The notes: generated by a model from the sequence alone, not told the origin. A DNA stretch of 64,000 bases from Armatimonadota bacterium (GCA_030649165.1 JAUSGG010000025.1:3967-67966), one strand, 5' to 3'. Numbered from the stretch's first letter, positions 47,595 through 58,461 are shown. Translations and numbers: made by a program.

Positions 47595-47945
47595 CTTGTT
47601 TCCGCTTAGTCTGGTTCAAGGGAGAACGCAGATGAACGCGGATGTACGCTGATGAACACAGATAGGGTTAGCAGTTTGCAGTCGTCAGTCTTCGAGCAGT
47701 TCAACCCTCACCCCAGCCCTCTCCCTGCCAGGGAGAGGGAGTGGCACGGTTTTCGTATGCTCCGGGACTTGATCGCGCGCGATATGCCATCGCGTGTGAA
47801 ACAGAATGTCGGGATTTCAAATCCCTGAGTTCTGTTTCGGGCGTCATTGCAAATAACGCCCGATCAAGGCCGTTCCGCAGGATAGAATCCATCGGCGTTC
47901 ATCAGTGTTTATCAGCGTTCATCTGCGTTCTTCCCTGAACCTACC
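47595..47945. repeat. composite repeat: two GATGAACGC-family arms (47595-47665, 47880-47945) flanking a REP-like hairpin and the 110-bp repeat
   Basis: Nested arrangement. Arm GGTTCAAGGGAGAACGCAGATGAACGCGGATG... and inverse arm ...CATCTGCGTTCTTCCCTGAACC enclose 47701-47743 (REP) and 47762-47880. Confidence 0.7.
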
Positions 47946-50685
47946 TGATCAGGTTCACCATCAGCCGCTCCGCGACGGGGTCGAACATCTTCCCCTCTGC
48001 CAGGCGCTCGGCGATGCGGATTTGGCAGGCGAGGACCACGCCTTTGCCCAACCGCAGCCGCAGCAGGGCGCGCGCGTTCAGGCCCTGCTGGTCGGACGAG
48101 CCTATCGCCAGCGTCTCGCCTTCACTCTTTTTCGAGAAGAAGTGGGTCAGGCCCTCAGCGCCGGAGCCGTTCCAGTTTTCCATATAGGCATCGGCTATAC
48201 CACGCCAAAGGGGATCGTTTTGTTGCCCCTTCTCCTTAAACAGGTAGGAAACGTCCCGCTTCTTGGTTATTTCTACGCCAAACAGTCCTTCCGGCCAGCT
48301 TGTCTGGTCCAAGATTATGAGCTTCCCGCCGGAGTTGGCCCATTCCTTTATCTTGTCCATTCTTTGGGTCACAGCCTCGGAGCCAAGCGCGTCTTTGCCG
48401 ATGATGAGAACGTCGCAATCCGGACCGTCCGCGGACCTCACTTCCACGCCGGCCGACTTCGCCCAGTCTGTAAGAGCGGTTCCCTGCTCTATGATCGCGA
48501 CCTTCGCTCCCTTTACCGGCTGGATTGAGACGCTTCTGTCGAGCACGTGAATCGGACGCTTGCTGATGACGGTCTCGCGGCCTTTGACCTCCAGCGTCGC
48601 GTACAGCCAATAGCTGCCCTCCTGCTCCGGGAGAGGAAGCGTTACGTCGTGCGGCGTCGCGGAATACGGCGGTATGTTCACCTCAAGGGTGTTCTTCGCA
48701 ATCGGCGCGGCGGGCGGGGCGGCGAAGATGTAGGGAGGGTCCTCGTTCACGAGGTAGACGCTGACTTTGCCCTTCTTCGCCTTCTCCAAATCGTTCATCG
48801 TCCAGACCGGCAGCTTTAGCTCCGAGCCGGCGGCGAAATGACGATCGACCAGGTCTATGCTCACGGCGACCGGGGCCAGGGAGTTCTTCAGCGCGTAGTA
48901 CGTGTCCCACTTCTTCTCGGCAATAGTCTCACCTTTGGACATGAACATCCCGTACCAGAACGGAAGCAGGCCGTCGAACCGCAGCCTGCGCTTGACTTCC
49001 GTCTGTTCCATTGTGAATAGCGCATGTGTGAACTCCGCCCGTTCGAGGGTTACGTTGTAACCCATCCACTTCTGGGCGCGCCCATTGTCCGGCTTGCCGA
49101 ATCCCTTGACCGCAGTTTCGAGGTACTCTGTGTCGCAGAGGGGCTTGTCCGGGTTGTGGTCCTTCAGGTAAGTTGCCGCGTGAATGTGGTCTCCGATCGT
49201 CCCGGTCCAGAATCCCTCATAGTTGTGCTGGTCGGCGATATCCGCGCTGACCGCTCCCGCGCGCATCACCGGCCTGGTGGGATCGAGCTTCTTAAAGAAT
49301 GGGACGAGGACCTTGTTCTCGTGCTCGCTGTAGTCCCCGTAAGGCTCGTTGCAGGCGGCCCAAATGATGATCGAGGGGTGGTTCCAGAGACTCTCGGCGA
49401 TCAGCTCCATTTCCGAATAGAGCTTATCCGCGAAACCCGGTCGTTTGTAGTAGTTCGGACCTCCCTCCGGGGGCCAGTTGGGAAACTCGGAGATCAGCAT
49501 TGTCCCGCACTCGTCGGCTATGTCGTAGTACGCCTTGTACCAGGGTCCCATGTGGGTGCGGAAGACGTTGGCGTTCATGCCGCGCGCATCGGCGCCGAGG
49601 TACTTTCGTATCCACTTGCGGTCGGTGAGTATTTCGGCGGCAGTCCCCCAACTCGGGAAGCCGGTTATCGCCAAATCCGTGGCGCCCCGAAGGAATATCT
49701 TCGTACCATTCAGGTAGAAATCGCCGCCCTTGCAGACGAACTCCCGCATCCCGAAGGTCTCGTCGATGTGGTCGCATACGGCGCCGCCTTCTGCTTTTGC
49801 GGTGACGTTCAGCGAGTAGAGGAACGGGTCATCCGGCGACCAAAGGCGCGGTTTGCCGATCTTGACCGTGTCGCTGACTGTTGCGGTTTCACCCCGCTCG
49901 ATGACGACAAACGCCGAATAGTCGTCGGAAGCCTTCCGTTTAGACTTCCTCTCACTGGCCGCGAACTCCACCGAGACCTTCTGAGGCGCTTTTCCCTGGT
50001 TAGTCAGCCGGATCGTGACCTGCGCGCTGCCGTTGTGGATATTGGGGTCGATTTTGATCCCTGAGATCGTTACCTCCCGGAAGAACCGCAGCTCGACGTC
50101 GCCCATAATGCCGGACGCGCCCTGCGCCCAGCCTTTGTTGCCGAACGGGATTTTCGGAACGCCGTCGTCGTACTTGGGTATCGTATGACCGCCGCCCTGT
50201 CTGATGTAGATAAGGTTGTCTTCGCCGGGGCGGATGGCGGAGGTCGCGTCGAACTCGACCGGTCGATACGCTCCCACGTGCTCGCCGAGTCGGACGCCGT
50301 TAAGCCAGACCTCTGCCGACCATCTCACATCGACAATGTGCAGCAGGCAGTTCATGCCCCGGAGTCCTTCATCAACACGGAAGCGTTTGCGGTACCAGCA
50401 GTGATTCTGCTCGTGCAGCTTCTTGTTCCCCTCCTTGCCGGGCTCTTTGGTCCACTCCGGGCCGAGGCCCTTCGCGTTTCCCCACAGCGCGGGGACCAGG
50501 ATCGTCCCCCATTGGTAGCGGTCGCCGTCCTGAATCTGCTCGTCGTCGTGAGCGGGAAGAAACTGCCACTGGCCGCTCAGGGGCAGAGTCACGCGGGGGC
50601 GAACGACGCCGGCGGAGCTTTGACCCGCTGCCAGCGCCACGAGCGCGCATAGCGAGATAGCAAGGCTAAGGATGTCCATTCTCAT
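47941..50685 (-). CDS. secreted glycoside hydrolase family 2 (beta-galactosidase / beta-mannosidase-like)
   Basis: 914 aa. Signal peptide. GH2 sugar-binding domain (WQF...VWLNG..LGEHVGAY.P.EFD), then TIM barrel (NANVFRTH...WAACNEP). Confidence 0.85.
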   Translation of the reverse strand: MRMDILSLAISLCALVALAAGQSSAGVVRPRVTLPLSGQWQFLPAHDDEQIQDGDRYQWGTILVPALWGNAKGLGPEWTKEPGKEGNKKLHEQNHCWYRKRFRVDEGLRGMNCLLHIVDVRWSAEVWLNGVRLGEHVGAYRPVEFDATSAIRPGEDNLIYIRQGGGHTIPKYDDGVPKIPFGNKGWAQGASGIMGDVELRFFREVTISGIKIDPNIHNGSAQVTIRLTNQGKAPQKVSVEFAASERKSKRKASDDYSAFVVIERGETATVSDTVKIGKPRLWSPDDPFLYSLNVTAKAEGGAVCDHIDETFGMREFVCKGGDFYLNGTKIFLRGATDLAITGFPSWGTAAEILTDRKWIRKYLGADARGMNANVFRTHMGPWYKAYYDIADECGTMLISEFPNWPPEGGPNYYKRPGFADKLYSEMELIAESLWNHPSIIIWAACNEPYGDYSEHENKVLVPFFKKLDPTRPVMRAGAVSADIADQHNYEGFWTGTIGDHIHAATYLKDHNPDKPLCDTEYLETAVKGFGKPDNGRAQKWMGYNVTLERAEFTHALFTMEQTEVKRRLRFDGLLPFWYGMFMSKGETIAEKKWDTYYALKNSLAPVAVSIDLVDRHFAAGSELKLPVWTMNDLEKAKKGKVSVYLVNEDPPYIFAAPPAAPIAKNTLEVNIPPYSATPHDVTLPLPEQEGSYWLYATLEVKGRETVISKRPIHVLDRSVSIQPVKGAKVAIIEQGTALTDWAKSAGVEVRSADGPDCDVLIIGKDALGSEAVTQRMDKIKEWANSGGKLIILDQTSWPEGLFGVEITKKRDVSYLFKEKGQQNDPLWRGIADAYMENWNGSGAEGLTHFFSKKSEGETLAIGSSDQQGLNARALLRLRLGKGVVLACQIRIAERLAEGKMFDPVAERLMVNLIR

Positions 50686-51039
50686 TCTCCGACCTCCAGG
50701 TTTGCGAGTTTCACTCTGCGAAGGATCTAACCCGTTAAGGCGAGCCTACAAGCTATGGGGGCATTACTCCAGGAGCATCGTTTGTAGTCATTAGCCACAG
50801 AAGGACCTCCCCCTAACCCCCTCCCACGGGGAGGGGGGATTTGCTCCCTCTCCTTTCAGGGGAGGGTTGGGGTGGGGTTCAAACAGGGTGAGCCTTCCAC
50901 AAACGATGCTCTTGGGCATTATTCCCGACTGCACGTGGCTCTATGAACATAACTGGTTAGATTCTTCGTTCCTCAGAATGACGTTCTTCGTAGTGTGACT
51001 CATTGATAATGCGTGCCAGGCTGTCTCGCGGAATCGTTG

Positions 51040-53013
51040 TCAGGGCTTTACCTTTCTGTAGAGTATCAGCTCCGAGCTTCGCTTTGCCGGCAGAATGAGG
51101 GCGAGTTTGCGCTGAAGGTCTTCGCCCATGATTTTGGCGGTCTTACCGGAGCCGTAGGAAAGCTCGTAGGTCGCCTTCGGGTCCAGGCCGCGCAGCGATA
51201 CCTCTACGGTCCGGTTGGGGCTTTCGGCGCGCCGGAACGCCAGGATCATCCCCTCGTCGAGATCCGGTCTGTGGTACTGCGAAGCTATCCAGTCTTTCGG
51301 ATCGCGCGAGTAAGGCAGAAGCGGGTACCACGCCCCTGTCAGCAGATGACGGACCTGCTTATAGCGATCGACCAGTTCCTTGCCCCGCTTCGCGTCGAAA
51401 TCCGGCGCGTCGGCTATCCAACCAAGGCAGAGCGAGGAGGCCAGAGTCGAATGAAAGGAGTATTCATCCAGATTGTTCAGATGCGCCACGAAAGTGTTGT
51501 TCGGCAGATACTGGCTGAGGCCCCAAAGCGCAGCCTGATCGACGTCGTCATGGAACCAGTAATCGGTCTTTTGCGCGATGTGCAGCCGCTTGACGGTCTC
51601 CAGGTCCAGGCGATTGCCCCCGCTCGCGCACTCCTCACGGAAGCTGTCCGGCCAGGTCTTCGCCAGGCGGTCCCAGAAGGCGTAGAGACCCTCGATGTAC
51701 TTCATCTCCGTGATCCCCTGCCGGTCCGGCGGGTCATTGTACTGCCAGAAAGGGAGCGGGTCCATATTGAAATCCTGCCGGTAGACTCGAAAGCCGGGCA
51801 AATCCATAAACCCCTTGACGATGTTGAAGAGATACTCTTGGACCTGCGGCATCCCGAAGTTAAGAAGGTAGGTGTCCTGTGGCCCCGGTTTCGCGGCGAG
51901 GCACCAGTCCGGATGCTGTTTGTGCGTTGCCGTGCCGGCGATGACGCGCTCCGGCTCGAACCAGAGTCCGTAAATCCCTCCCCGCTCCTTCGCGGCCGCG
52001 GCCACGGGGCCCATTCCTTCCGGGTAAGCGTCTTTGCGCACGTCGAAGTTTCCCGCGCCGTTCGGCCATCCCCCGGTGAACCACCCGGCATCCGTCATGA
52101 TAACGTTGACCCCGAGTTTGGCATAGGCGTTGATGAGCGATATCTGGTTCTCCGCGTTGCACTCGTTAAGCCAGCCGCCTCCCCGAGTGAAGCACGTGTT
52201 GCAGAAGGCAGTGGGCAGCGGAGTCTTGTCGTCGAGTTTGGCCGCGTAGTGTTTGTATATCAACTGGCGAAACCGGGCGTTGCTTTCACCGCTGTCACCC
52301 TGCCAGTCCATAAAGAGGATCCTCGGCGACCGTACCTTCTCGCCCGGATGGAGAATGAAATGCGTCTTTCCCATCCCGGCGGTCACGTGCAGATATTGGG
52401 CATCAGAGCAGTCCAGGTTCGCTTTCCAGAACCCGGACCAGCCGATTGCGACGATGACGGCCCCCTTGCCGGTGTCGATCCTGAAAAATGGGAAGTCCTT
52501 TGCTGACGACCTGCCGTGTCCGGAGTCGAGCAACCGAGGGTTCTTGCGGTCAACGGCCTCGATTCGCGGCTCGAACTGCATGGGATCGGGCGTGCCCCCA
52601 TGTGTCCGGTGCAGGCGGTACGGCTCATGGCCGTTCATTGGACAGTTCAGCTTTATATCCAGGGCCTGCACGTTCTCGATCATCTTGGTGTCTGTCTTGC
52701 CCGTGTTTTCGAACCAAAGGACCCAATCCTGTGCGGGAAAATCCGAGAACTCGCTCAGTTCGCACGTGAGTCGGAGGCCGCTCTCGGGGTCGCGCCATAC
52801 GGTCGTGGTGATCTTGCGCCCGTTGGCCTTCCGCGACTTGCGCTCGGTCTTCCAGGAACTCAGCAGGGAGTCAATCGGCTTGCCGCCGTACACGAACGAG
52901 AACGGACCATTGCAGGGGTCAAAGCTCGGCATCTTCTGTTTCCGGCTCGTTGCGCTCACACTTGCCTCCGTAAGAACGAGTAACGTGATCAGCCAAACGA
53001 CTGCGTGTTTCAT
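51040..53013 (-). CDS. glycoside hydrolase family 36 alpha-galactosidase
   Basis: Start at MKHAVVWLITLLVL (signal). VIMTDAGWF and CASGGNRLD are GH36 catalytic motifs. Confidence 0.85.
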   Translation of the reverse strand: MKHAVVWLITLLVLTEASVSATSRKQKMPSFDPCNGPFSFVYGGKPIDSLLSSWKTERKSRKANGRKITTTVWRDPESGLRLTCELSEFSDFPAQDWVLWFENTGKTDTKMIENVQALDIKLNCPMNGHEPYRLHRTHGGTPDPMQFEPRIEAVDRKNPRLLDSGHGRSSAKDFPFFRIDTGKGAVIVAIGWSGFWKANLDCSDAQYLHVTAGMGKTHFILHPGEKVRSPRILFMDWQGDSGESNARFRQLIYKHYAAKLDDKTPLPTAFCNTCFTRGGGWLNECNAENQISLINAYAKLGVNVIMTDAGWFTGGWPNGAGNFDVRKDAYPEGMGPVAAAAKERGGIYGLWFEPERVIAGTATHKQHPDWCLAAKPGPQDTYLLNFGMPQVQEYLFNIVKGFMDLPGFRVYRQDFNMDPLPFWQYNDPPDRQGITEMKYIEGLYAFWDRLAKTWPDSFREECASGGNRLDLETVKRLHIAQKTDYWFHDDVDQAALWGLSQYLPNNTFVAHLNNLDEYSFHSTLASSLCLGWIADAPDFDAKRGKELVDRYKQVRHLLTGAWYPLLPYSRDPKDWIASQYHRPDLDEGMILAFRRAESPNRTVEVSLRGLDPKATYELSYGSGKTAKIMGEDLQRKLALILPAKRSSELILYRKVKP

Positions 53014-53173
53014 CCAGCGCGCTTCCCTTAAAAGAATATAGGCCGCGTCCGACATTTGACCTGCGTCAATGTAAGTCTCGATCCGAAGCGGTAGAAACTA
53101 ATGGAGAGACTCGGAGCCCGGCGGCCAGCCCTCCCGGGCACTTCGAGAATACACGCTGAGAGGTGAATTTGCA

Positions 53174-53425
53174 ATGGCAAAGACAGTGCGATTGGACGTT
53201 CGAGAGCTTCCGCCTTACGAGAGGCATCCCTTGATATTCGAGACCTGGGAGTCGCTGGAGGTGGGCGACACGCTGGAATTGGTCAACGACCACGATCCGC
53301 GGCCTCTGCATTACCAGTTTATGATGGAGCACGAAGGCGAGTTCGAGTGGCATTCGGAGGAGAAGGGGTTCAGAGAGTGGGTTGCTGAGATAAGGAAGCT
53401 TGGCGCTCCGAAGGCGGCGGTCTGA
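53174..53425 (+). CDS. DUF2249 domain protein
   Basis: LDVRELPPYERHPLIFETWESLEVGDTLELVNDHDPRPL matches the DUF2249 consensus. Confidence 0.7.
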   Translation: MAKTVRLDVRELPPYERHPLIFETWESLEVGDTLELVNDHDPRPLHYQFMMEHEGEFEWHSEEKGFREWVAEIRKLGAPKAAV

Positions 53426-53441
53426 TCTTCACGTCGTTGGC

Positions 53442-53954
53442 TCAAAGATCGAATGGCGCGTAGCGGATGAGGCCGAAGACGCGGTCGAAGTCAGTGTCCG
53501 CGGATGCGAGGGCGATCAAACCTCGCTCCTCCATCGCCGCGACAACCATGCTATCGTTTGTCAGCAGACCGTACGCAGCGCGAATCGCGTTCGCCGCTCG
53601 CATCCGCGCTTCATCGGCAGGAACGATAATCAGGTTGAGCTGCAAAATGCGCTCGACTTGATTCCAATACGTGCTCAGGCCACGTATGCCCTCCGGGTGT
53701 CTGGCGAGCGAAGCTGCGCTCTCTCGTGTGACAATCCCCGTTGACAGCGCTTCGGCCAGCATCAGGCGATGCGTTACCTCGTTCAGCACTTCAAACGTCG
53801 TCACGCCGTAGAGTTCCTCGCGCGCACACCGGCGAAGCATTCGCATACATTGGGCTGACTTGACGCAGGCCGCATAAATGAACACGTTGGCGTCGAGGAA
53901 GACTTCCTGACCTGTAGACAGCTCATCGAGAGGGAGACATGCCGCATCAGGCAT
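53442..53954 (-). CDS. PIN-domain toxin (VapC-like)
   Basis: VFLDANVFIY (first acidic residue), then LLTNDSMVVA and ASADTDF. Confidence 0.75.
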   Translation of the reverse strand: MPDAACLPLDELSTGQEVFLDANVFIYAACVKSAQCMRMLRRCAREELYGVTTFEVLNEVTHRLMLAEALSTGIVTRESAASLARHPEGIRGLSTYWNQVERILQLNLIIVPADEARMRAANAIRAAYGLLTNDSMVVAAMEERGLIALASADTDFDRVFGLIRYAPFDL

Positions 53955-54141
53955 CTTCGATATCCTTATCCTCGGCAATCCACCGCACGGTTTCCGCGTC
54001 GAGTGGATAGTTCTCTGTCGCTTCCTCCAGCGCTTTCAATGCGTTCGCGATTCGCTCGTCTCGGCCCTCCAGCCTGAAGTGGGCACGCTTCAGACGCTCA
54101 AACCTACGTCGAGCCAGTTTCCTGTGATCCTCAACCGCCAT
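53947..54141 (-). CDS. putative antitoxin (VapB-like), overlaps the PIN gene by 8 nt
   Basis: 64 aa, charged and helical, immediately upstream of the PIN gene. Confidence 0.55.
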   Translation of the reverse strand: MAVEDHRKLARRRFERLKRAHFRLEGRDERIANALKALEEATENYPLDAETVRWIAEDKDIEDA

Positions 54142-54363
54142 ATTCCTATGCTCCCAAAAACGAGCGGCATCCCGTCAGCGGCACGCCTTCTCCACTGTCC
54201 CTAGCATACAACGAGCACAGCGCATTAGCAAGCCGGAAAGCAACCGCCAGCTAATATGTAATGCTCATAGTGGCCGCACAACCCATCTCACCCTATGACA
54301 ACATCAGGACGGGCGGCAGCGCTGGGTTGTGCCGGCCTTTTCCGACCCGTTACAGGCTGGGGG

Positions 54364-55683
54364 TCAGTCCGGCTCCTTCGCGGGCGCATCCGGCGGCGCG
54401 GTTTCCTCCATTACCATCGCCGCTCTGGTGGCGACGATCGAGCGGACTATGAGATAGCCGAGCAGAACGGCGGCGACCAGGAGCGTGACCCAAAGCGCCC
54501 AGGGGTTCTTCTCCAGCCAATACTTGGTCCCGAACGGTTGGATGTATGCCGCGTTGCCGACCCCCGGACCCAGCTTCAACCGCGGCGCTTTTTCGGTCGA
54601 CAAGTATTGGAACACCGTCTGAATATCGTAGGTAGGAGACTCGGCCTCCGGGTTTCCGTAATAGAGGCGGTAGTTCTCGCCCGGTTTGTAAGGGAAGAAT
54701 ACCCTGCGCCGGTAGCAGTACACGCGGACTTTTGAAATCCGAATCGGGGGATCATCGAAGTTGCGAATCCGCAGTCTGATGTACCGATAACCCTGGATAC
54801 CGACATCGACGTTCGACTTTCCACCTCTCACCTTGTCGGTCGCGAACTTGTAGATCTCCCCCCAGTGAAGAGAGCTCCAGACACGCAGGTTTTCGCTCCC
54901 GGCGATCTCGACCTGACGGTGGTAGTTGACATTGGGTGATTCGATCTCGACACGGTCGACCGGCGGACCTACTCCGCCGATATCCAGGACTACGTCCGTG
55001 CTCTTGTCCCGCGCGTTCTGATAAACATCACCGAGGCCGGCGTAAGCCAGATATCGTACGGCGGGCTTTCGGTTCAGCAAGAACACTTCGGCTGAAATCG
55101 ACTCGATGGGTTTTTCGCGCAAGTTCCAAATCCTGACGCGTATGTATCTCTGGGAACTCCGAGGGTAGTCTACAACGACGCTTTCGGCGAAGTAGTCCCG
55201 GCTGAAGTTGAAGATGTACCCGTCGTCTCTGAGGACCGCCCATTTGACCCCGTCGCCGCTTGCGTAAATCGACACCTTGCGCGTGAAGTTGCTGCTGGTG
55301 GTGCGTATTTTCACGCGGCTGCTGAGGATTCCAGGTTTGCCGAGGTCAATAACAAAGGAGCTGTACTTCTTAGGCACGGTCATGCTGTCTTGTATGCGCG
55401 AGGTGCGCTGAACCTCCGAGGTCTCGTCCGAATCTATCAAGAGGTTGAAAGGAATCTCCCTCGCGCCGTTCGCCACAACTCGAAGATCGGCGTCGTTGGG
55501 ATCGGCGCGCAAGTATACGCCACGATCCAGTGTCACCTGCGCGTACTTTGCCTTGACACCCGCCGGAGCTTCGATGGGCGAGTAACGTTCCCAGCGTTTG
55601 GGATTGAAATCCGAACGCGCCGCGCCGCCGAACACTCCCGTGAGTGCGACCATTGCGACCAGTGCGCAAACGCTATTCCGCAT
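54364..55683 (-). CDS. DUF3999 domain secreted protein
   Basis: Start at MRNSVCALVAMVALTG behind GGAGAGGAGG. Beta-rich repeats and a C-terminal TM. 11-nt overlap with the upstream DUF2339 gene. Confidence 0.65.
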   Translation of the reverse strand: MRNSVCALVAMVALTGVFGGAARSDFNPKRWERYSPIEAPAGVKAKYAQVTLDRGVYLRADPNDADLRVVANGAREIPFNLLIDSDETSEVQRTSRIQDSMTVPKKYSSFVIDLGKPGILSSRVKIRTTSSNFTRKVSIYASGDGVKWAVLRDDGYIFNFSRDYFAESVVVDYPRSSQRYIRVRIWNLREKPIESISAEVFLLNRKPAVRYLAYAGLGDVYQNARDKSTDVVLDIGGVGPPVDRVEIESPNVNYHRQVEIAGSENLRVWSSLHWGEIYKFATDKVRGGKSNVDVGIQGYRYIRLRIRNFDDPPIRISKVRVYCYRRRVFFPYKPGENYRLYYGNPEAESPTYDIQTVFQYLSTEKAPRLKLGPGVGNAAYIQPFGTKYWLEKNPWALWVTLLVAAVLLGYLIVRSIVATRAAMVMEETAPPDAPAKEPD

Positions 55684-57445
55684 TTTGTTCCTCCTCTCCG
55701 GATAGAATCCGGCGTATCCGCTGCCCCTGGACCTGGTAGACGTAAGAAGCCAACAAGAGCAGCGCTCCCAGGCCAACGAACGCAATGATCCGGTACAGCC
55801 TCTCCAACAGCCAGACGTCGTTTAGAAAAGCCTTTACTATTACTATTCCGAACAAGACCAGGGCCATTATTCTCGCGGGGCGATATCTCAACGCGATGCC
55901 CGCGATCAGCATTATGGCGGCGTAGACCGCCGGGACGGCGGAAACGGCGAGGGAGCCGGCCCCCGTGCCCGCGAGACCCAACTGCTGAAGCCAGATAAGG
56001 ACCTCCCGGCATAACGCAAATAGCAGGAGTCCGTTCGCTCCCAGAACCAATACAGCATTGATAGCCTCGTCAGACCGCGTGAGAATACGGCGATACCGAG
56101 TGGACAGCCACGCGACTCCGGCCATCATCGCGACAACGAACAGGAAGGTCCCGAACACAACGTTCACAAAAGGAGTCGCCGTCAGACCCTCCGGGTAGTC
56201 TATCAAGTCGATCAAGAGCAGGCGGAATATCGCCAATCCGAACAAGCCGACCGCCACGTACCGCATTTTCCGGCTGTTGACATAATAGCCGACGGCCGCT
56301 ACAACCGCGGCTTCCGCCGCCCAACCGATAACGACCCAGTGTTGCTTCAACTGGATCGGAACCGCGACAATGAGGAAGCCCGCCGCGATTGCGAGAAACA
56401 ACAGTCGCAATTTGCTATCCTGATACCGCAGAACCTGTACCCGCTGGGAGAACCACAGGTACACCGCGCACATCGCCAGCGCGAACAGTCCGAGGTAGAC
56501 GTAGTATTGCGGTTTCAGGAGTGAATAGCTCGCCCAGAAATAGAAGACGGGCGTAAGAATAACGAGCGTCAAGTCCGCGAGGTTCATCGGCCGCCGCGCC
56601 ACCACGTTCTGCACGAAAGACTGGGCCGCGAATATCGCGTAGAAGATCGTCAGAAATAGCATGATCGCGCCCGTGGTCATTGGCGAGCCGGTCCAGTACC
56701 AGCCGGCGAACAACAGCAGGGTCCCGACTCCGCTCAACAGATTGAGCGTCCGCCAGTTCTTGTAATAGGTCACGCCGAGCACGCCGAGATCCAGGACAGC
56801 TACGTAACTGAGGAGTTCGGCCCCTGATCCTCCACCGTCATTCCCCTGCCCCTGGGTCAGAACCGGCGTCAAAAAGCCGCCGATGATGCCCAGGATGGCG
56901 ATGCTCAAGGCGTTGTAACGAACCGAGATCGCGCCGGCGGCTATTGTGACAAGGGCCATGAACCCGAACGCGGGACCCTGGGGAATGAGACGGTAGAAGC
57001 TGAATGCCGTATATACGCTCAGATATAGTATGGAGACGCCGGCGCCGGCGAGTCCCTGAGCGTAACCTCCAAGTCCGCGCTTCTGCAGCCGTTCGCCGCC
57101 GAATATGAGACCGAGGCCGACGACGACACCGAGGATAATCCTGCCGGTCTCGTCGATCCATCGATTATCGATCGCGTATTTCAGGAAGAAACCCGCGCCG
57201 AGCACAAGAGCCACGGCGCCGATCCGATTCAGCCAATTGCCGCCGATCTCGGCTTCGAGGTCCCTCGATGGGACGGGAGCCGCGGGTGGAGGAGAGGGAG
57301 GGGGCGGGCCGGGCGGCCTTACAGCCGGGGCCGGCCTTGGCGGGGGTTGCCCCGGCTGTGTCCTGTGGAGCTGTTCCAGCTCGGCCACGCGCCGGGCAAG
57401 CCGCTGCACTTCTTCGTGCAGTTGAGACAGGCGATCTTCTTCCAC
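55673..57445 (-). CDS. DUF2339 polytopic membrane protein with N-terminal coiled coil and Pro-rich linker
   Basis: MEEDRLSQLHEEVQRLARRVAELEQL, then PPPRPAPAVRPPGPPPPSPPPAAP, then >15 TM helices. Confidence 0.75.
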   Translation of the reverse strand: MEEDRLSQLHEEVQRLARRVAELEQLHRTQPGQPPPRPAPAVRPPGPPPPSPPPAAPVPSRDLEAEIGGNWLNRIGAVALVLGAGFFLKYAIDNRWIDETGRIILGVVVGLGLIFGGERLQKRGLGGYAQGLAGAGVSILYLSVYTAFSFYRLIPQGPAFGFMALVTIAAGAISVRYNALSIAILGIIGGFLTPVLTQGQGNDGGGSGAELLSYVAVLDLGVLGVTYYKNWRTLNLLSGVGTLLLFAGWYWTGSPMTTGAIMLFLTIFYAIFAAQSFVQNVVARRPMNLADLTLVILTPVFYFWASYSLLKPQYYVYLGLFALAMCAVYLWFSQRVQVLRYQDSKLRLLFLAIAAGFLIVAVPIQLKQHWVVIGWAAEAAVVAAVGYYVNSRKMRYVAVGLFGLAIFRLLLIDLIDYPEGLTATPFVNVVFGTFLFVVAMMAGVAWLSTRYRRILTRSDEAINAVLVLGANGLLLFALCREVLIWLQQLGLAGTGAGSLAVSAVPAVYAAIMLIAGIALRYRPARIMALVLFGIVIVKAFLNDVWLLERLYRIIAFVGLGALLLLASYVYQVQGQRIRRILSGEEEQNAE

Positions 57446-57608
57446 GTGATCACTCCTTCCGGGTCGGCGAATGATTCAAATGGCCCGTCGTCTGCCAAAG
57501 AGTTAGACACTGAGCGCTGTGTTTCCTTGCTATGTGATTGTACGCTACCAGAGCTCCGGCGGTGGTATGTCGGAGCTCTGCAATATACCCGGATATGAGT
57601 CGGTCTAT

Positions 57609-58334
57609 CTACCGGCGACGGCGGAGAAACACCATTGCTCCGCTTAAAGCGCCCGCGAGGGCCAGAATTCCGCCTGGCTCCGGCACCGGCGACACGTCTA
57701 GCTCAACGTTATCGGCTTGCGCCTGGAACGAGTCGCCCTGCCCTCCGAAGAACACGCCGGTTATCCTGGAGCCTGGACGATCACCGAAGAAGGAGGTCAA
57801 GTCCCACGTGACGGTCCGCGTTTCGTTCAGAGGAATCTGGTCGGGACTTGGATCGGTTCCGATGCGGAACCGTTTCACCTCGAACAGGCTGTTCCCGCCG
57901 TAGCTGTACTTGACGCCCATTAACCCAGGGTACCAGTCGGGCCAGCCGGAATTCACCCAGTTCTGCATCATCAGCGTTATATCGGCCTTGAACACGACGT
58001 CTCGGCCCGCGGTGTCTTGTCCGCTCGTTCCACCGATTTGCTGTTGCGCGCCCACCGCCAGCGCGGCCGGATAGATGAGGTCGTGGTCCCATCTGTACCA
58101 GGTCAACGCGGGATTGGTCGTGTTCCGCCCCTTGACGATATCGACCGTAGTGTACGTGGGCGCGCCGGGATAGGCGTTCGTGAAGTCGCCGCAATCGCCG
58201 GCCCAGGTTTCCCAGGTTCCGGCGAGCTCCTCGTTAAACTGACCGTTCGCCACGAGGTTGACAGTGGCAGCCGGCCCGACGGCGTAGTACGCGAGTAACA
58301 ACGCCGCCGCAAGCGGAAGCTTGGCTCGTCTCAC
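57609..58334 (-). CDS. PEP-CTERM sorting-domain secreted protein
   Basis: C-terminal VPEPGGILALAGALSGAMVFLRRRR. Confidence 0.7.
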   Translation of the reverse strand: MRRAKLPLAAALLLAYYAVGPAATVNLVANGQFNEELAGTWETWAGDCGDFTNAYPGAPTYTTVDIVKGRNTTNPALTWYRWDHDLIYPAALAVGAQQQIGGTSGQDTAGRDVVFKADITLMMQNWVNSGWPDWYPGLMGVKYSYGGNSLFEVKRFRIGTDPSPDQIPLNETRTVTWDLTSFFGDRPGSRITGVFFGGQGDSFQAQADNVELDVSPVPEPGGILALAGALSGAMVFLRRRR

Positions 58335-58461
58335 TTTATCACCTGATTCTGTTTGGATTGACTTCTACTGGAAGAGAGAGATTGCAAGTTTCGTGCCAAA
58401 GGGAGGAGTCGGAGGAGTCGGACGGGTCCGACAACCGGCAACTGACAACCATGCATGAAAA

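Noticed and set aside
39545-47945. Short tandem GATGAACGC/GATAAACAC units considered as a CRISPR array
   Set aside because: Units are ~10 bp with no unique spacers, and they occur as palindromic arms scattered across many intergenic sites. This is a MITE-like family, not CRISPR.
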